Shown: positions 12,134-23,005 of the stretch, in pieces | How the letters are laid out: each line of letters begins with the position of its first letter | Position numbering within the stretch: position 1 is the first letter of the stretch | Source: Marinicella sp. | Lineage (GTDB): Bacteria; Pseudomonadota; Gammaproteobacteria; Xanthomonadales; Marinicellaceae | Reading direction: 5' to 3' | NCBI GenBank assembly: GCA_965230295.1 | Contig: OZ246001.1 | Coordinates: 480,001 to 544,000, forward strand | Length of the DNA stretch: 64,000 nt | The notes under the pieces: generated by a model | Databases searched by the model: none | Told to the model about the DNA's origin: nothing | The model's input: only the letters and a program-made list of their open reading frames with translations | Made by a program: the position numbers and the translations under genes

Positions 12134-12526
12134 ATGAGTTATGTACCAGATAATTTAAAATACACCGCCAGTCACGAATGGTTAGAAGACCTGGGAAATG
12201 GTGTCTATCGTATCGGCATCACAGAGTTTGCCCAGGCACAATTGGGCGACATTGTGTTTGTTGAATTACCAGAAGTTGATGAATCATATGCACAGGAAGA
12301 TGAATGTGGTGTGGTGGAATCAGTGAAAACAGCTTCTGACATTTATTGTCCTTTGGTGGGCACGGTAACTGCCGCCAATGATGCCTTAGAAGACAGCCCT
12401 GAATTGATCAATGATTCTCCCTATGACGACGGTTGGATTTTTGAATTGGAGTTGGGTGAAGATGCCGATATCGGTTCATTACTGAGTGCTGAGGACTATC
12501 GCAATTCGATTGCTGACGAAGACTGA
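12134..12526 (+). CDS. gcvH: Glycine cleavage system H protein
   Basis: YTASHEW, GITEFAQ.QLGDIVFVELP, VESVKTASD lipoyl-Lys motif. Confidence 0.97.
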   Translation: MSYVPDNLKYTASHEWLEDLGNGVYRIGITEFAQAQLGDIVFVELPEVDESYAQEDECGVVESVKTASDIYCPLVGTVTAANDALEDSPELINDSPYDDGWIFELELGEDADIGSLLSAEDYRNSIADED

Positions 12527-12575
12527 TAGCCCGTATTATTGATTGATCAACCATTTAACTTAAAGAACATAAGTC

Positions 12576-13934
12576 ATGCCTTTTATTCCCCACACAGAAG
12601 AAGAGATCAAAGACATGCTGGACACCATTGGTGTGGCAAGCATCAACCAGTTATTTGATGAAATCCCTGAAGAATTGATATCTTCAAAACTTGACCAAAT
12701 TCCAAATCGCATGAGCGAAATGGAAGTGACTCGTCACATCAATAAGCTGGCCAAGCAAGACGGTACACCCACCTGCTTTGCGGGTGCTGGTGCCTATGAG
12801 CACCACATACCAGCAGCCGTTTGGCAAGTGACCACAAGGGGTGAATTCTACACCGCGTACACGCCTTACCAACCGGAAGTGGCTCAGGGTACCCTGCAAG
12901 TCATTTATGAATACCAAAGCATGATGGCCCATTTAACAGGTATGGACGTGTCCAATGCCTCGCTGTATGACGGATCATCAGGTTTAGCCGAAGCAATTTT
13001 GATGGCAGTGCGTGCCAACCGCAAGAGCAAAGGGAAAAACATATTGATCCCCAAAAACATCAATCCGGTGTATACACAGGTGGTCAATAACATCGTCAAG
13101 AACCAATCAATCAACATCATTGAAGTGGACTTCGATCCTGTGACTGGATTGGTAGACCATAACCACTTGAATTCATTTGCAGGTCAAGACATCACAGCAG
13201 TGGTGGTTCCACAACCCAACTATTTCGGTTTGTATGAAGATGTTCACACCATGACCAATTGGGCTCATGCACAAAAAGCACTGGTCATTGGCTTGGTCAA
13301 TCCGATGTCGCTGGCGCTGTTATCAGCACCTGGTAACTGGGGCGAAAAAGGCGCTGACATTTGCTGTGGAGAAGGCCAATCAATGGGTGTACCGCTGTCA
13401 TCAGGCGGTCCATACTATGGATTTTTAACGTGTAAAGAACCTTTTGTCAGAAACATGCCAGGCAGAATCGTCGGCATGACCACAGATTTAGATGGCAAAG
13501 AAGGGTTTGTTTTGACTTACCAGGCCCGGGAACAGCACATCAGACGTGCCAAAGCCACTTCAAACATCTGTACCAACCAAGGTTTGATGGTGACAGCTTC
13601 AACCATATACATGTCATTGTTGGGCTCTACCGGCTTGCGCAACGTGGCTGCCAATTGCATCAAAAACACCGACAAGTTGAAACAAAAACTGACTCAAGTC
13701 GAAGGCCTGAAGGTGCTGTTTGAAGGCGCAGGCTTTCATGAGTTTGTGGTCCAACTGAAATCGGTCAAAGCGGCAGATGTGATTGAGCAAATGGCCGCCA
13801 AAGATTATGTGGCCGGCGTAGACATCTCTGATCAATACCCCGAATTGGGTCAAGTGCTGTTGTTGTGTGTCACTGAAACCAAAACCGATGAGGATCTGGA
13901 TGAGTTTGTTGAAAACCTGAGCAGCTGCCTTTAG
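12576..13934 (+). CDS. gcvPA: Glycine dehydrogenase subunit 1
   Basis: MPFIPHT, EFYTAYTPYQPEVAQG, NASLYDG, REQHIRRAKATSNICTNQ; 452 aa. Confidence 0.96.
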   Translation: MPFIPHTEEEIKDMLDTIGVASINQLFDEIPEELISSKLDQIPNRMSEMEVTRHINKLAKQDGTPTCFAGAGAYEHHIPAAVWQVTTRGEFYTAYTPYQPEVAQGTLQVIYEYQSMMAHLTGMDVSNASLYDGSSGLAEAILMAVRANRKSKGKNILIPKNINPVYTQVVNNIVKNQSINIIEVDFDPVTGLVDHNHLNSFAGQDITAVVVPQPNYFGLYEDVHTMTNWAHAQKALVIGLVNPMSLALLSAPGNWGEKGADICCGEGQSMGVPLSSGGPYYGFLTCKEPFVRNMPGRIVGMTTDLDGKEGFVLTYQAREQHIRRAKATSNICTNQGLMVTASTIYMSLLGSTGLRNVAANCIKNTDKLKQKLTQVEGLKVLFEGAGFHEFVVQLKSVKAADVIEQMAAKDYVAGVDISDQYPELGQVLLLCVTETKTDEDLDEFVENLSSCL

Positions 13935-13956
13935 CTGTTTGTCCAACCTCAGTCAT

Positions 13957-13984
13957 AAAACCGGCTTTCATGGCCGGTTTTTTT
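13957..13984 (+). terminator. Rho-independent terminator after gcvPA
   Basis: AAAACCGGC-TTTCATG-GCCGGTTTTTTT. Confidence 0.85.
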
Positions 13985-14029
13985 GTGGCTGACAATCAAG
14001 TTTAAGGGGTTTGGTGCTAAGATATATCA

Positions 14030-14551
14030 ATGATCAAAAACCTGCTCGATAAAATATTTTTTGCGGTTGGTGTGATGGTGTTTTTACAGTTGCCACACTT
14101 CATTGACCAATACACCCAACGCATGGGTGGCTACTCGGCTTCACAGGCAGAACAAATCAAAGAATACCAAAACATTGCTGACCAACATTTCAATGGCGAC
14201 TTAACAGCGTACATGGACCGCTTGCAACAAAATGCCGATCCCGCCGTGGCTGAATCAGCCAAACAAATGGCCAAGCGCCTGGCCAGTGCCGACGACATCA
14301 AAACTGAATTGGAAGTATTCGAACAAGAACCCTTGTGGTACCAACTGCCCTATTTCATTACCCACATGCGAATGGATCTGGCCCGGGGCACTGCCCAAAA
14401 TTTTTCCCCTGGCTTACCGATCAATCTATGGGCCTGGGGTTATGGTTTGGTCGGTGGCGTCTTGTTCAGTTTACTGTTTAATGGTATAACTAAGTCTCCA
14501 AAACTGTTGAGAAGGAAATCAAAAAACAAGACACCTGTACTCAAGGACTGA
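14030..14551 (+). CDS. DUF2937-family membrane protein
   Basis: QLPHFIDQYTQRMGG pattern; TM at each end. Confidence 0.7.
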   Translation: MIKNLLDKIFFAVGVMVFLQLPHFIDQYTQRMGGYSASQAEQIKEYQNIADQHFNGDLTAYMDRLQQNADPAVAESAKQMAKRLASADDIKTELEVFEQEPLWYQLPYFITHMRMDLARGTAQNFSPGLPINLWAWGYGLVGGVLFSLLFNGITKSPKLLRRKSKNKTPVLKD

Positions 14552-14635
14552 TTTTAGGACAAAAATAATCACATTTAAGACAACAACTGATAACCAAGGA
14601 TTTTTTCAGTTATTATTCAAATCAATAGAATTCAC

Positions 14636-16048
14636 ATGGATACCATGAAACCAAAAACAAAACCCATAGCAATGATATGCTGGCTGTGCTTAAGTCTAAA
14701 TTCCCAAGCAGTTAATCTCAGCCCCAATGGACATGGAGAAGTACTACTTTACCCCTATTACACTGTCAACAACGAGCTGAATACTGTGTACTCAGTCACC
14801 AACACCACCGACCAGGCCAAAGCCATAAAACTTCGTTTTCTTGAAGGTGAAGCTGGTTATGAAGTGTTTGATTTCAATGTATATTTAGCGCCATTTGATG
14901 TGTGGACTGGGGTTTTGGTGCCCACCACATCTACCATTTCGGGACACGTAGGAGAGCCCAGCGTCTCCCACATGTCTCCTGACGCCTCCTGTGCGCCTTT
15001 CATCGATAAATCAGGGCAGGAATTTCTTCCTTACATCATTGATGCGGATGCCCCCAATAACAATTTACAACGGGCCACCGACGGACATTTTGAGGTCATT
15101 GAGCTGGGTGTCGTAACAGAGGGCCCAACCGGTTCTCTCGCGGCCTTGACCCACGTCAACGGTGCACCAGCTGATTGTACACAATTGCAGACTGCCTGGG
15201 AATCGGGTGGCTATTGGTTCTTTAATGGCGATGCTGACATTGGCTTGCCAACTGGCGGTCTATTTGGATCAGCCAGTCTGGTCAATGTCACTGAAGGCTT
15301 GTCATTCAGTTACAGTGCTGAAGCACTGGAAGACTTTTGGCAAGGGCCAGGCAGCCACAGTGAACCAGGCAGCCTGTTCCCCAACTTGGCCAATGCAGCT
15401 CCAGTATCCAAAGTGCTGCTTGACAACCAATTACTCACATCACAGTGGGCCACAGGATATGAAGCTGTTTCAGCTGTCTTAATGAAACAATCAATTTTCA
15501 ATGAATTTGATTTCACTGAGGCCAATGCTGGCAGATCAGAATGGGTGATTACTCTACCAACAAAATCATATCACACCAACAATGTTTCTGTGATTCGACC
15601 TTTTGAAAATCCATGGGATGGTTTTTTCGCCTGCGAAGAATTTCAGGCCACTACTTTTGATCGCGAGGAGCAATCATACATCATGGATACCGGTAGTGTT
15701 TTTCCTCGGCCTGCACCTGGAAGAAACCCGTCATTATGCTTTCACTCCAATATCGTTCAATATGAACCAGGAAGTGAAATTCCAGAGTTGGTTTCAAAAA
15801 TATTAGGCTCTGATAATTTGATCACTATTTACGATTTTGATCCTATATTTGTCACCGAAAGTGGTTGGGTCGATATGTTTTTTGACGATAATTTTCAATC
15901 AATGAATCCGGTATCAGGTTTTGGATTTTTTGGACTTCCAGCTATTGGCTTTCAAGTACAACAACTCACCAACGCCAATGTGCAACCTGGGCTGATTGCC
16001 CAATATGGACGCTTATTCAAGCATAAAGACAGACGGATTAGTTTCTGA
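14636..16048 (+). CDS. Secreted cell-surface/S-layer-like protein, paralog 1
   Basis: Signal peptide then AVNLSPNGHGEVLLYPYYTV; EWVITLPTK; GLPAIGF. Confidence 0.7.
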   Translation: MDTMKPKTKPIAMICWLCLSLNSQAVNLSPNGHGEVLLYPYYTVNNELNTVYSVTNTTDQAKAIKLRFLEGEAGYEVFDFNVYLAPFDVWTGVLVPTTSTISGHVGEPSVSHMSPDASCAPFIDKSGQEFLPYIIDADAPNNNLQRATDGHFEVIELGVVTEGPTGSLAALTHVNGAPADCTQLQTAWESGGYWFFNGDADIGLPTGGLFGSASLVNVTEGLSFSYSAEALEDFWQGPGSHSEPGSLFPNLANAAPVSKVLLDNQLLTSQWATGYEAVSAVLMKQSIFNEFDFTEANAGRSEWVITLPTKSYHTNNVSVIRPFENPWDGFFACEEFQATTFDREEQSYIMDTGSVFPRPAPGRNPSLCFHSNIVQYEPGSEIPELVSKILGSDNLITIYDFDPIFVTESGWVDMFFDDNFQSMNPVSGFGFFGLPAIGFQVQQLTNANVQPGLIAQYGRLFKHKDRRISF

Positions 16049-16064
16049 GGAAGGTAATAAAGCT

Positions 16065-17468
16065 ATGAGGGATAAAATATTGAAACGATTGAAAACCATC
16101 GGTACGGGTTTACTGATCACTCTATGTGGCGCTTCGCAAGCTGTTAATGTGAATGACTCAGGCCTGGGAGAAGTGTTGATCTACCCCTATTACACCGTCA
16201 ATAACAACCACAACTCTTTATACAGCATTGTCAACACAACAGCAGATACCAAGGCAGTCAAAATCACCTTTCATGAAGGTGAAAACGCGGCCGAGGTTCT
16301 TGCATTTAACGTTTATTTGAGCGCTTTTGATATTTGGGTAGGTGCTTTAACGTCCACCACATCTACCATGGCAGGTCATGTGGGTGAACCCAGTGTGGTA
16401 CATGTTTCTAATGATACATCATGCGCCCCCTATCTAATCAAAACCGGACAAGAATTTTTACCCTTCATCATCGACTTGGATCCGAATAACAACAGCATGC
16501 AGCGAGCGACTGAAGGCCACATCGTGGTGATGGAGTTAACTACATTCAATGGCTCGACCGTAGCCTGGTCAGATCATGGGAGCACCGGCGTCCCTGCTGG
16601 TTGTGAACTCATCATAAATGATTGGAGTGACAATGGTATTTATGACACCGCCGATGAAGCCGATCCCAATGGTGGCTTGGTGGGCTCAGCCACCCTCTTG
16701 AATGTGCTTGAAGGTACTGCTGTTGGCTATGATGCGATGGCGCTTGAACATTTCTGGCAAGGGCCTGGTCAACACACCGAACCTGGCAGTCTGTCACCCT
16801 CTCTGGGCCATGCATTTCCTCAGTCACTCAGAATGGTCAATGGTACAGCAGTGGCGACCGATTGGCCATCAGGTGCGCAGGCTGTATCAGCCACTTTGAT
16901 GCAACACAAGCTTTATAATGAATACGATTACACGGCTATTTTGAGCGGCCAATCTGAGTGGGTGATCACATTCCCCACCAAGAATTTACATGTCAACGGC
17001 ATCCAGCCATTGCCACCCTTCAATGAAATTTGGAATGGTGATGAAGCTTGTGAAATCCTGTCCATCAGCCTATGGGACCAAGGTGAACTCAGTGAATTAA
17101 ATTCAACAGCAAACGCTTGTTACAGTACCAATGTATTGGAATTCTTGGCCCCTGGTTCGCCTCCTGGCGGATCATTCAACATCCTCGGTTCTGAAAACGC
17201 CATAGAGGTTCTGGGTGTCGATCAAGCCAATGCCACTGCTGCAGGTTGGGCAGCAGTAACATTCAATGCACCTGGTCAGTTCATGACCAGCTCATCAGAC
17301 ATCAGATATTCCGGCTTACCTGCAACGGGCTTTATGATACAAAGGTTCGTCAACGCTGCTGCCCCTGCTGGAGCCCTGGCTATTTATGAAGATTTGTTTC
17401 CACACAGAACTCATTCTGTCATCATGGCAGCGACCGATTTAATCTATTTGGATGGTTTTGAAAATTAA
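16065..17468 (+). CDS. Secreted cell-surface/S-layer-like protein, paralog 2, with C-terminal DLIYLDGFE tag
   Basis: AVNVNDSGLGEVLIYPYYTV; EWVITFPTK; GLPATGF; colinear with 14636-16048. Confidence 0.7.
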   Translation: MRDKILKRLKTIGTGLLITLCGASQAVNVNDSGLGEVLIYPYYTVNNNHNSLYSIVNTTADTKAVKITFHEGENAAEVLAFNVYLSAFDIWVGALTSTTSTMAGHVGEPSVVHVSNDTSCAPYLIKTGQEFLPFIIDLDPNNNSMQRATEGHIVVMELTTFNGSTVAWSDHGSTGVPAGCELIINDWSDNGIYDTADEADPNGGLVGSATLLNVLEGTAVGYDAMALEHFWQGPGQHTEPGSLSPSLGHAFPQSLRMVNGTAVATDWPSGAQAVSATLMQHKLYNEYDYTAILSGQSEWVITFPTKNLHVNGIQPLPPFNEIWNGDEACEILSISLWDQGELSELNSTANACYSTNVLEFLAPGSPPGGSFNILGSENAIEVLGVDQANATAAGWAAVTFNAPGQFMTSSSDIRYSGLPATGFMIQRFVNAAAPAGALAIYEDLFPHRTHSVIMAATDLIYLDGFEN

Positions 17469-17500
17469 CAAATCATTCTTGGCCGCATTGAAGGATGCAT

Positions 17501-17532
17501 AAAAAAAGCCGGTTATTTATCCGGCTTTTTTT
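17501..17532. terminator. Bidirectional rho-independent terminator
   Basis: A7-GCCGG...CCGGC-T7 between convergent genes. Confidence 0.88.
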
Positions 17533-17554
17533 GATCATTTCATTGCTGAATGAC

Positions 17555-18052
17555 TCAGATGTAATCACTCCAATCTTTAACTCGATCAGCCTGCGCTTCT
17601 AACAAGGCATCGACATCACCAGATAATTCAATGGTTTGGATGCTGTCACCACCAACGATTGAATTGACGACGTCCTGATCTGCCGCTGATTCAACTTCAC
17701 CGAAAACCGAGTGTTTGCCGTCTAACCATGGTGTGGCCACGTGGGTCACAAAAAATTGGGAACCATTGGTACCTGGACCGGCATTGGCCATTGACAACAC
17801 ACCAGGCTTGTCGTGTTTCAATGAAGCATCAAACTCATCTTCAAATTTATACCCCGGCCCACCAGTTCCCGTACCGATGGGACAACCGCCCTGAATCATG
17901 AAATCAGGAATCACGCGGTGAAAGGACAAATCATTGTAAAAGCCATTTTTGGCCAAGTTAACAAAATTAGCCACTGTGACTGGAGTTTTGTCATCGGTTA
18001 AGTTGATGTTGATGTCGCCTTTATTGGTTTTGATGGTCGCTTTGATAGCCAT
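17555..18052 (-). CDS. Cyclophilin-type peptidyl-prolyl cis-trans isomerase
   Basis: [38 protein letters not shown]; start MAIKATI at 18052. Confidence 0.95.
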   Translation of the reverse strand: MAIKATIKTNKGDININLTDDKTPVTVANFVNLAKNGFYNDLSFHRVIPDFMIQGGCPIGTGTGGPGYKFEDEFDASLKHDKPGVLSMANAGPGTNGSQFFVTHVATPWLDGKHSVFGEVESAADQDVVNSIVGGDSIQTIELSGDVDALLEAQADRVKDWSDYI

Positions 18053-18215
18053 GTTGAACACTCTGAAAAAATTAAAAACTTTATATATGATTGATCCAAT
18101 CACATTTCAAGGTGTGTTTTCACGTGAAAAAAACATGGTTACCGCTTATAATCATTGGGCAAAAAATCTAACCCCAACCATTCCAAACAAATATTCATCC
18201 AACATGAGGACTGTC

Positions 18216-20327
18216 ATGACTAAAAAAATATCCATACTGGCCTACCTACTGCTGCTCGGATCCTGTGCCCAACAACCCGTTATCAAAACCACCAGCCAAG
18301 CAACGGAAACCGACGCATTTCTTTGGTTAGAAGATGTTGAAGGCGAGGATGCCATCGCTTGGGTAAAAGAACGCAATAAAAAATCATTGGATGTAATCAA
18401 AGCACATCCTAAGTTTGATCAATTGTTTGAAAATAATAAAGCCTTATACAATTCCAAAGAAAGGATTCCTTATGTCACCCAGATGAATGGCTTCCTGTAT
18501 AACTTCTGGCGCGATGAAACCCATGTACGGGGCATCTATCGCAGAACAACATTGGCATCTTACAAACAAGAAGACACTGAATGGGAAACTGTGCTTGATG
18601 TGGATGCTTTAGCCACTGCGGATGAAGAAAATTGGGTGTACAAAGGCATGTCATGTCGATACCCGGACTATGACCGGTGCTTGGTCAACTTATCTCGAGG
18701 TGGGGCTGATGCCACTGTGATCAAAGAGTTTGATTTGAACAGCAAGTCTTTTGTAGAAGACGGGTTCTATTTGCCTGAATCAAAAAGCAGCTTGGCATGG
18801 GTGGATTTGGACACGTTGATGGTAGGTGCCGACTTTGGTGAAAACAGCATGACCGATTCAGGCTACCCCAAAATCACCAAGTTATGGTCTCGTGGTAGTG
18901 ACGTGGCCGATGCTGAAGTATTATTTACCGGTGAACAAACCGACGTCGGTGTTTATCCTGCAGTGATCCATGATGGTGATCAATCCTACAAATTCATCGT
19001 CCAAGCGGACAGCTTTTACACCAGAAACTGGTACATACTCGATCAGGACAACCAACCCAAACTGATGGATTTGCCCAATGACATCGGGTTTTCAGGCTTG
19101 ATCAATGACCAAGCCATCTTCGAACTCAAATCTGATTGGCAGCCGGCAGATGTCGCATTCACACAAGGCAGTTTGATTGCCATAGACATGTCAGACTTCT
19201 TGTCAGGCAGCAGAGCCTTCGTTGAAATCATGAAACCTGATGACAAGACTTCAATCAGTTCGGTTTCAACCACCAAAAACCTGGTGTTGGTGAATACCCT
19301 ACAAGACGTGAGTTCAGTGATCTATCAAATGAATTTTTCTGACAACCAATGGCACAGCAAACCGGTTGATTTGCCTGCCTTTGGTTCCATGTCCATTTCT
19401 GGTACCAGTGACCAAAACGACGACGTTTTCATCAATTACAGCAACCACCTGACCCCATCAACGCTTTATTATTATGATGGCAACGCTGGTCAGTCAGAGC
19501 CCATCAAGTCATTACCGGCATGGTTTAACACCGATGATCTCAAAGTTGAACAACACTTCATGGTTGCCAAAGATCAAACCAAGGTCCCTTATTATGTGGT
19601 GATGCGTAAGGACCTGGAATACAACGGTAAGAATCCAACCCTGTTGTACGGTTATGGCGGATTCGAGGTATCTATGCGACCCAATTATTCAGCCACTGCA
19701 GGTACCAACTGGCTTGAGTCTGGTGGCGTTTATGTGGTTGCCAACATCAGAGGTGGTGGTGAATATGGTCCCGATTGGCATCAGGCTGCGCTGAAAGAAA
19801 ATCGCCATGTGGCCTTCAATGATTTCATAGGCGTTGCCGAAGATTTGATTGAAAAGAACATCACATCACCAGAACACTTAGGAATCTATGGTGGTTCCAA
19901 TGGCGGATTGCTGGTGGGTGCGGCCTTCACCATGCGTCCTGACTTATTCAATGCGGTGGTTTGTGCGGTGCCGTTGTTGGACATGAAGCGGTACAACAAA
20001 TTATTGGCGGGCGCCAGTTGGATGGGCGAATACGGCAACCCCGACATCCCGGAAGAATGGGCATACATCAAAACCTATTCTCCCTACCACAACCTCAAAA
20101 CAGACACCAATTACCCGGCGGTGTTTTTCACCACATCCACCAGAGATGACCGGGTTCATCCTGGGCACGCCAGGAAAATGGCCGCTAAAATGGAAGACAT
20201 GGGACACAAATACTATTATTATGAAAACATCGAAGGTGGCCATGGGGGTGCATCAAACAATAACCAATCTGCTTATTTAAGCGCTTTGGTATACTCTTAT
20301 TTATGGCAACAACTGGCTCCTAAATGA
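18216..20327 (+). CDS. S9A prolyl oligopeptidase, lipoprotein
   Basis: Lipobox LGSC; GYGGF, RGGGEYG, GGSNGGLL, DDRVHP, GGHG; GAGG RBS before ATG at 18216. Confidence 0.93.
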   Translation: MTKKISILAYLLLLGSCAQQPVIKTTSQATETDAFLWLEDVEGEDAIAWVKERNKKSLDVIKAHPKFDQLFENNKALYNSKERIPYVTQMNGFLYNFWRDETHVRGIYRRTTLASYKQEDTEWETVLDVDALATADEENWVYKGMSCRYPDYDRCLVNLSRGGADATVIKEFDLNSKSFVEDGFYLPESKSSLAWVDLDTLMVGADFGENSMTDSGYPKITKLWSRGSDVADAEVLFTGEQTDVGVYPAVIHDGDQSYKFIVQADSFYTRNWYILDQDNQPKLMDLPNDIGFSGLINDQAIFELKSDWQPADVAFTQGSLIAIDMSDFLSGSRAFVEIMKPDDKTSISSVSTTKNLVLVNTLQDVSSVIYQMNFSDNQWHSKPVDLPAFGSMSISGTSDQNDDVFINYSNHLTPSTLYYYDGNAGQSEPIKSLPAWFNTDDLKVEQHFMVAKDQTKVPYYVVMRKDLEYNGKNPTLLYGYGGFEVSMRPNYSATAGTNWLESGGVYVVANIRGGGEYGPDWHQAALKENRHVAFNDFIGVAEDLIEKNITSPEHLGIYGGSNGGLLVGAAFTMRPDLFNAVVCAVPLLDMKRYNKLLAGASWMGEYGNPDIPEEWAYIKTYSPYHNLKTDTNYPAVFFTTSTRDDRVHPGHARKMAAKMEDMGHKYYYYENIEGGHGGASNNNQSAYLSALVYSYLWQQLAPK

Positions 20328-20367
20328 TGATGAAGTTGATTTTTCAAATACAAAATAGAGGAATGAA

Positions 20368-21630
20368 ATGAAAATTACTGTCTTGCTTTTTTTGGCCTTG
20401 GTTGCCATGCCATCGGTTGCTGACATCCACAATGACGTCGATGCGATTGAACCCAAGTTACTGGAGTGGCGTAGACATTTGCACCAATATCCAGAATTAA
20501 GTAATCGTGAATTCAAAACCGCGGCCTATGTTGAAAAGCACCTGAGGGCTTTAGGCATGGAAGTGCAAACCGGGATTGCTTTTACAGGTGTTGTTGGTAT
20601 TTTAAAAGGTGATAAACCTGGCCCCTTACTTGCACTCAGGGCTGATATGGACGCTTTACCAGTTAATGAGCAAGTTGATTTGTCTTTTGCCTCTAAAGTC
20701 ACAGCCGAATACCGTGGTGAAACGGTGGGTGTGATGCATGCCTGTGGCCATGATACACATGTGGCCATGTTAATGGCAGCTGCAGAAGTCTTTGCTCAAA
20801 ACAAAGCTGACCTGGAAGGGACCTTGATGTTCATATTCCAACCTGCAGAAGAAGGCGCTCCTGGTGATGAAGAAGGCGGTGCAGAATTGATGTTGGCAGA
20901 AGGTTTGTTCGACAAGATGAAACCAGAAGCGGTTTTTGGCTTACATGTGACGTCCAACATGAACACCGGGTATGCGGCTTTTCGAACTGGCCCCTATATG
21001 GCTGCTGTTGATGATTTCGAACTCAAAGTAATCGGTAAACAATCCCATGGTTCCAGACCCTGGAGTGGCATTGATCCCATAGTCACCAGCGCACAGATCA
21101 TTAATTCTGTCCAAACCATTGTTTCCAGAAAAACCGATGTCACCAAAGCCCCTGCTGTGGTTTCTTTCGGCGCCATCAAAGGCGGTATCCGCAACAACAT
21201 CATTCCGGATGATGTCACCATGGTGGGCACCATCAGGAATTTTGATATGGGTATTCGTGATGACATTCACCACCAATTGAACAACATCATCACCCATGTG
21301 GCACATGCCAATGAAGCCGAAATTGAATTCAAAATCAATGAGGGCTACCCAGTAACCGTGAATGACCCGGCATTGGGTGATCGAATGTTGCCCTCTTTAC
21401 ACAAAGTTTTTAGCGAAGACAAAGTGGTTTATCCAAGTTTAATCACGGGTGCAGAAGATTTTTCATTTTTTGCTAACGAAGTTCCCGGCATGTATTTCTT
21501 TATGGGTGTCACGCCTATAGAACAAGATGCCAAAACCGCACCAACCAATCATTCGCCTCATTTTTATGTGGATGAAACCGCACTGTTGAATGGAGTCAGA
21601 GCCTTTGTCCAACTGGTCCAAGATTACTGA
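20368..21630 (+). CDS. M20D amidohydrolase/carboxypeptidase, exported
   Basis: RRHLHQYPELS, LRADMDALP, MHACGHD, FQPAEEG, AEDFSFF, NHSP. Confidence 0.92.
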   Translation: MKITVLLFLALVAMPSVADIHNDVDAIEPKLLEWRRHLHQYPELSNREFKTAAYVEKHLRALGMEVQTGIAFTGVVGILKGDKPGPLLALRADMDALPVNEQVDLSFASKVTAEYRGETVGVMHACGHDTHVAMLMAAAEVFAQNKADLEGTLMFIFQPAEEGAPGDEEGGAELMLAEGLFDKMKPEAVFGLHVTSNMNTGYAAFRTGPYMAAVDDFELKVIGKQSHGSRPWSGIDPIVTSAQIINSVQTIVSRKTDVTKAPAVVSFGAIKGGIRNNIIPDDVTMVGTIRNFDMGIRDDIHHQLNNIITHVAHANEAEIEFKINEGYPVTVNDPALGDRMLPSLHKVFSEDKVVYPSLITGAEDFSFFANEVPGMYFFMGVTPIEQDAKTAPTNHSPHFYVDETALLNGVRAFVQLVQDY

Positions 21631-23005
21631 TAGCAGGCACCTTCTGTGGGTCTGGTTGTTGATGCTCGGTGCATGTCAGAGCAATAAAAAACCAGACCTG
21701 GCCCAGCTATACCAGCAACACGCGACTGATCACAGCAACACCCCTTTGGTGCTGATTCATGGCACCATGGGCAGCAAATTACGTTTTAAAGAAACACAAC
21801 AACAAGTTTGGCCTGGAAAAATCAATCAACTGATATTCTCCAATTACAAAAAACTGGCCAACCGCATAGATGCCTCCGGACTTGATGTTGTGGAGCCGGA
21901 CATTGAGTCATATGCCATTTTTGATTCTTATTCAGGTCTCAGTATTTATGATGAAATCATTGATACATTGGTTGAATTTGGAGGCTATCAGCAAAGTGAT
22001 TTCAATCACTTTGATCGCACCAAACGCAACTTATACATTTTTCATTACGACTGGCGTCAGGACAATGTAAAAAGTGCTGCTAAGTTGGATGAATTTATTG
22101 AGCAAGTATTGCAGAATCATCCCAATCACGACCAGGTCGATGTGGTGGCCCATTCCATGGGTGGCTTGATCCTGCGATATTACCAGCGTTATGGCAGTCA
22201 TGATGTTTTGGAGAACATTGAAAAATACATGAGCGGTGAATGGACACCTGACCTGGAACATTATTCAAAAACACACCGAATCAGACACGCCATTTTCTTG
22301 GGAACACCGCAGTTGGGTTCAGTTAAATCGATCAAGCGCTTGCAAGAAGGCTTTGATTTCAACCTGAGAAACATCCCTGTTGAAGTACAAATCACCATGC
22401 CAACAGTCTATCAATTATTACCTCATCCACAGCATCAATGGTCTCTTGACCCCAATGGTGATCCCGTCGATTTGGATTTATTTGACCCCTCTCTGTGGAA
22501 AAATAACCAATGGTCTATTTACAACCCGCAAGTGCAAAAAAAAATCATCAAGCGGGCTCAAAATGAAACATCAGGGCAAGCAGAAGTCAGTAAACTGCAA
22601 CAATTTTTTAACCATCAACTCACGAGGGCACGCCTGTTCTGGCTGGCCTTATCCCCTGGTTTTGAAGATGACCATGAAGGATTCATTATTATGGGTGGTG
22701 ATTGTAAAGACACTTTAAGTCATTTGATTGTCTCACAGGACGAACAATTTATGCAGCTTGGTGACAAAGTCAGCCTGAGTGATCATTTTGGCAGCAGGGC
22801 TCAATACCAAAACATTTTGTTTGAACCTGGAGATGGTCAGGTCAGCAAATCTTCCTTATTAGGTCAAGTCCATGACATTGCCACCCACGAGAACCACAAA
22901 ACCATCAAAATCAAATACCCCGTGTTCGTTTGTGAAGAACACTTCAAGCTCACACAAAACTTAACCTTTCAAGACAATTTATTACATATTCTTTTGCATG
23001 AATGA
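21590..23005 (+). CDS. Alpha/beta-hydrolase, LCAT/lipase-like lipoprotein
   Basis: LGAC lipobox; LIHGTMGS, YDWR, AHSMGG nucleophile elbow, LGTP..GS, GDG.V; start uncertain. Confidence 0.8.
   Translation: MESEPLSNWSKITDSRHLLWVWLLMLGACQSNKKPDLAQLYQQHATDHSNTPLVLIHGTMGSKLRFKETQQQVWPGKINQLIFSNYKKLANRIDASGLDVVEPDIESYAIFDSYSGLSIYDEIIDTLVEFGGYQQSDFNHFDRTKRNLYIFHYDWRQDNVKSAAKLDEFIEQVLQNHPNHDQVDVVAHSMGGLILRYYQRYGSHDVLENIEKYMSGEWTPDLEHYSKTHRIRHAIFLGTPQLGSVKSIKRLQEGFDFNLRNIPVEVQITMPTVYQLLPHPQHQWSLDPNGDPVDLDLFDPSLWKNNQWSIYNPQVQKKIIKRAQNETSGQAEVSKLQQFFNHQLTRARLFWLALSPGFEDDHEGFIIMGGDCKDTLSHLIVSQDEQFMQLGDKVSLSDHFGSRAQYQNILFEPGDGQVSKSSLLGQVHDIATHENHKTIKIKYPVFVCEEHFKLTQNLTFQDNLLHILLHE

Noticed and set aside
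17949-18215. N-terminal extension of the prolyl oligopeptidase ORF
   Set aside because: Overlaps the divergent cyclophilin; RBS and lipoprotein signal point to 18216.
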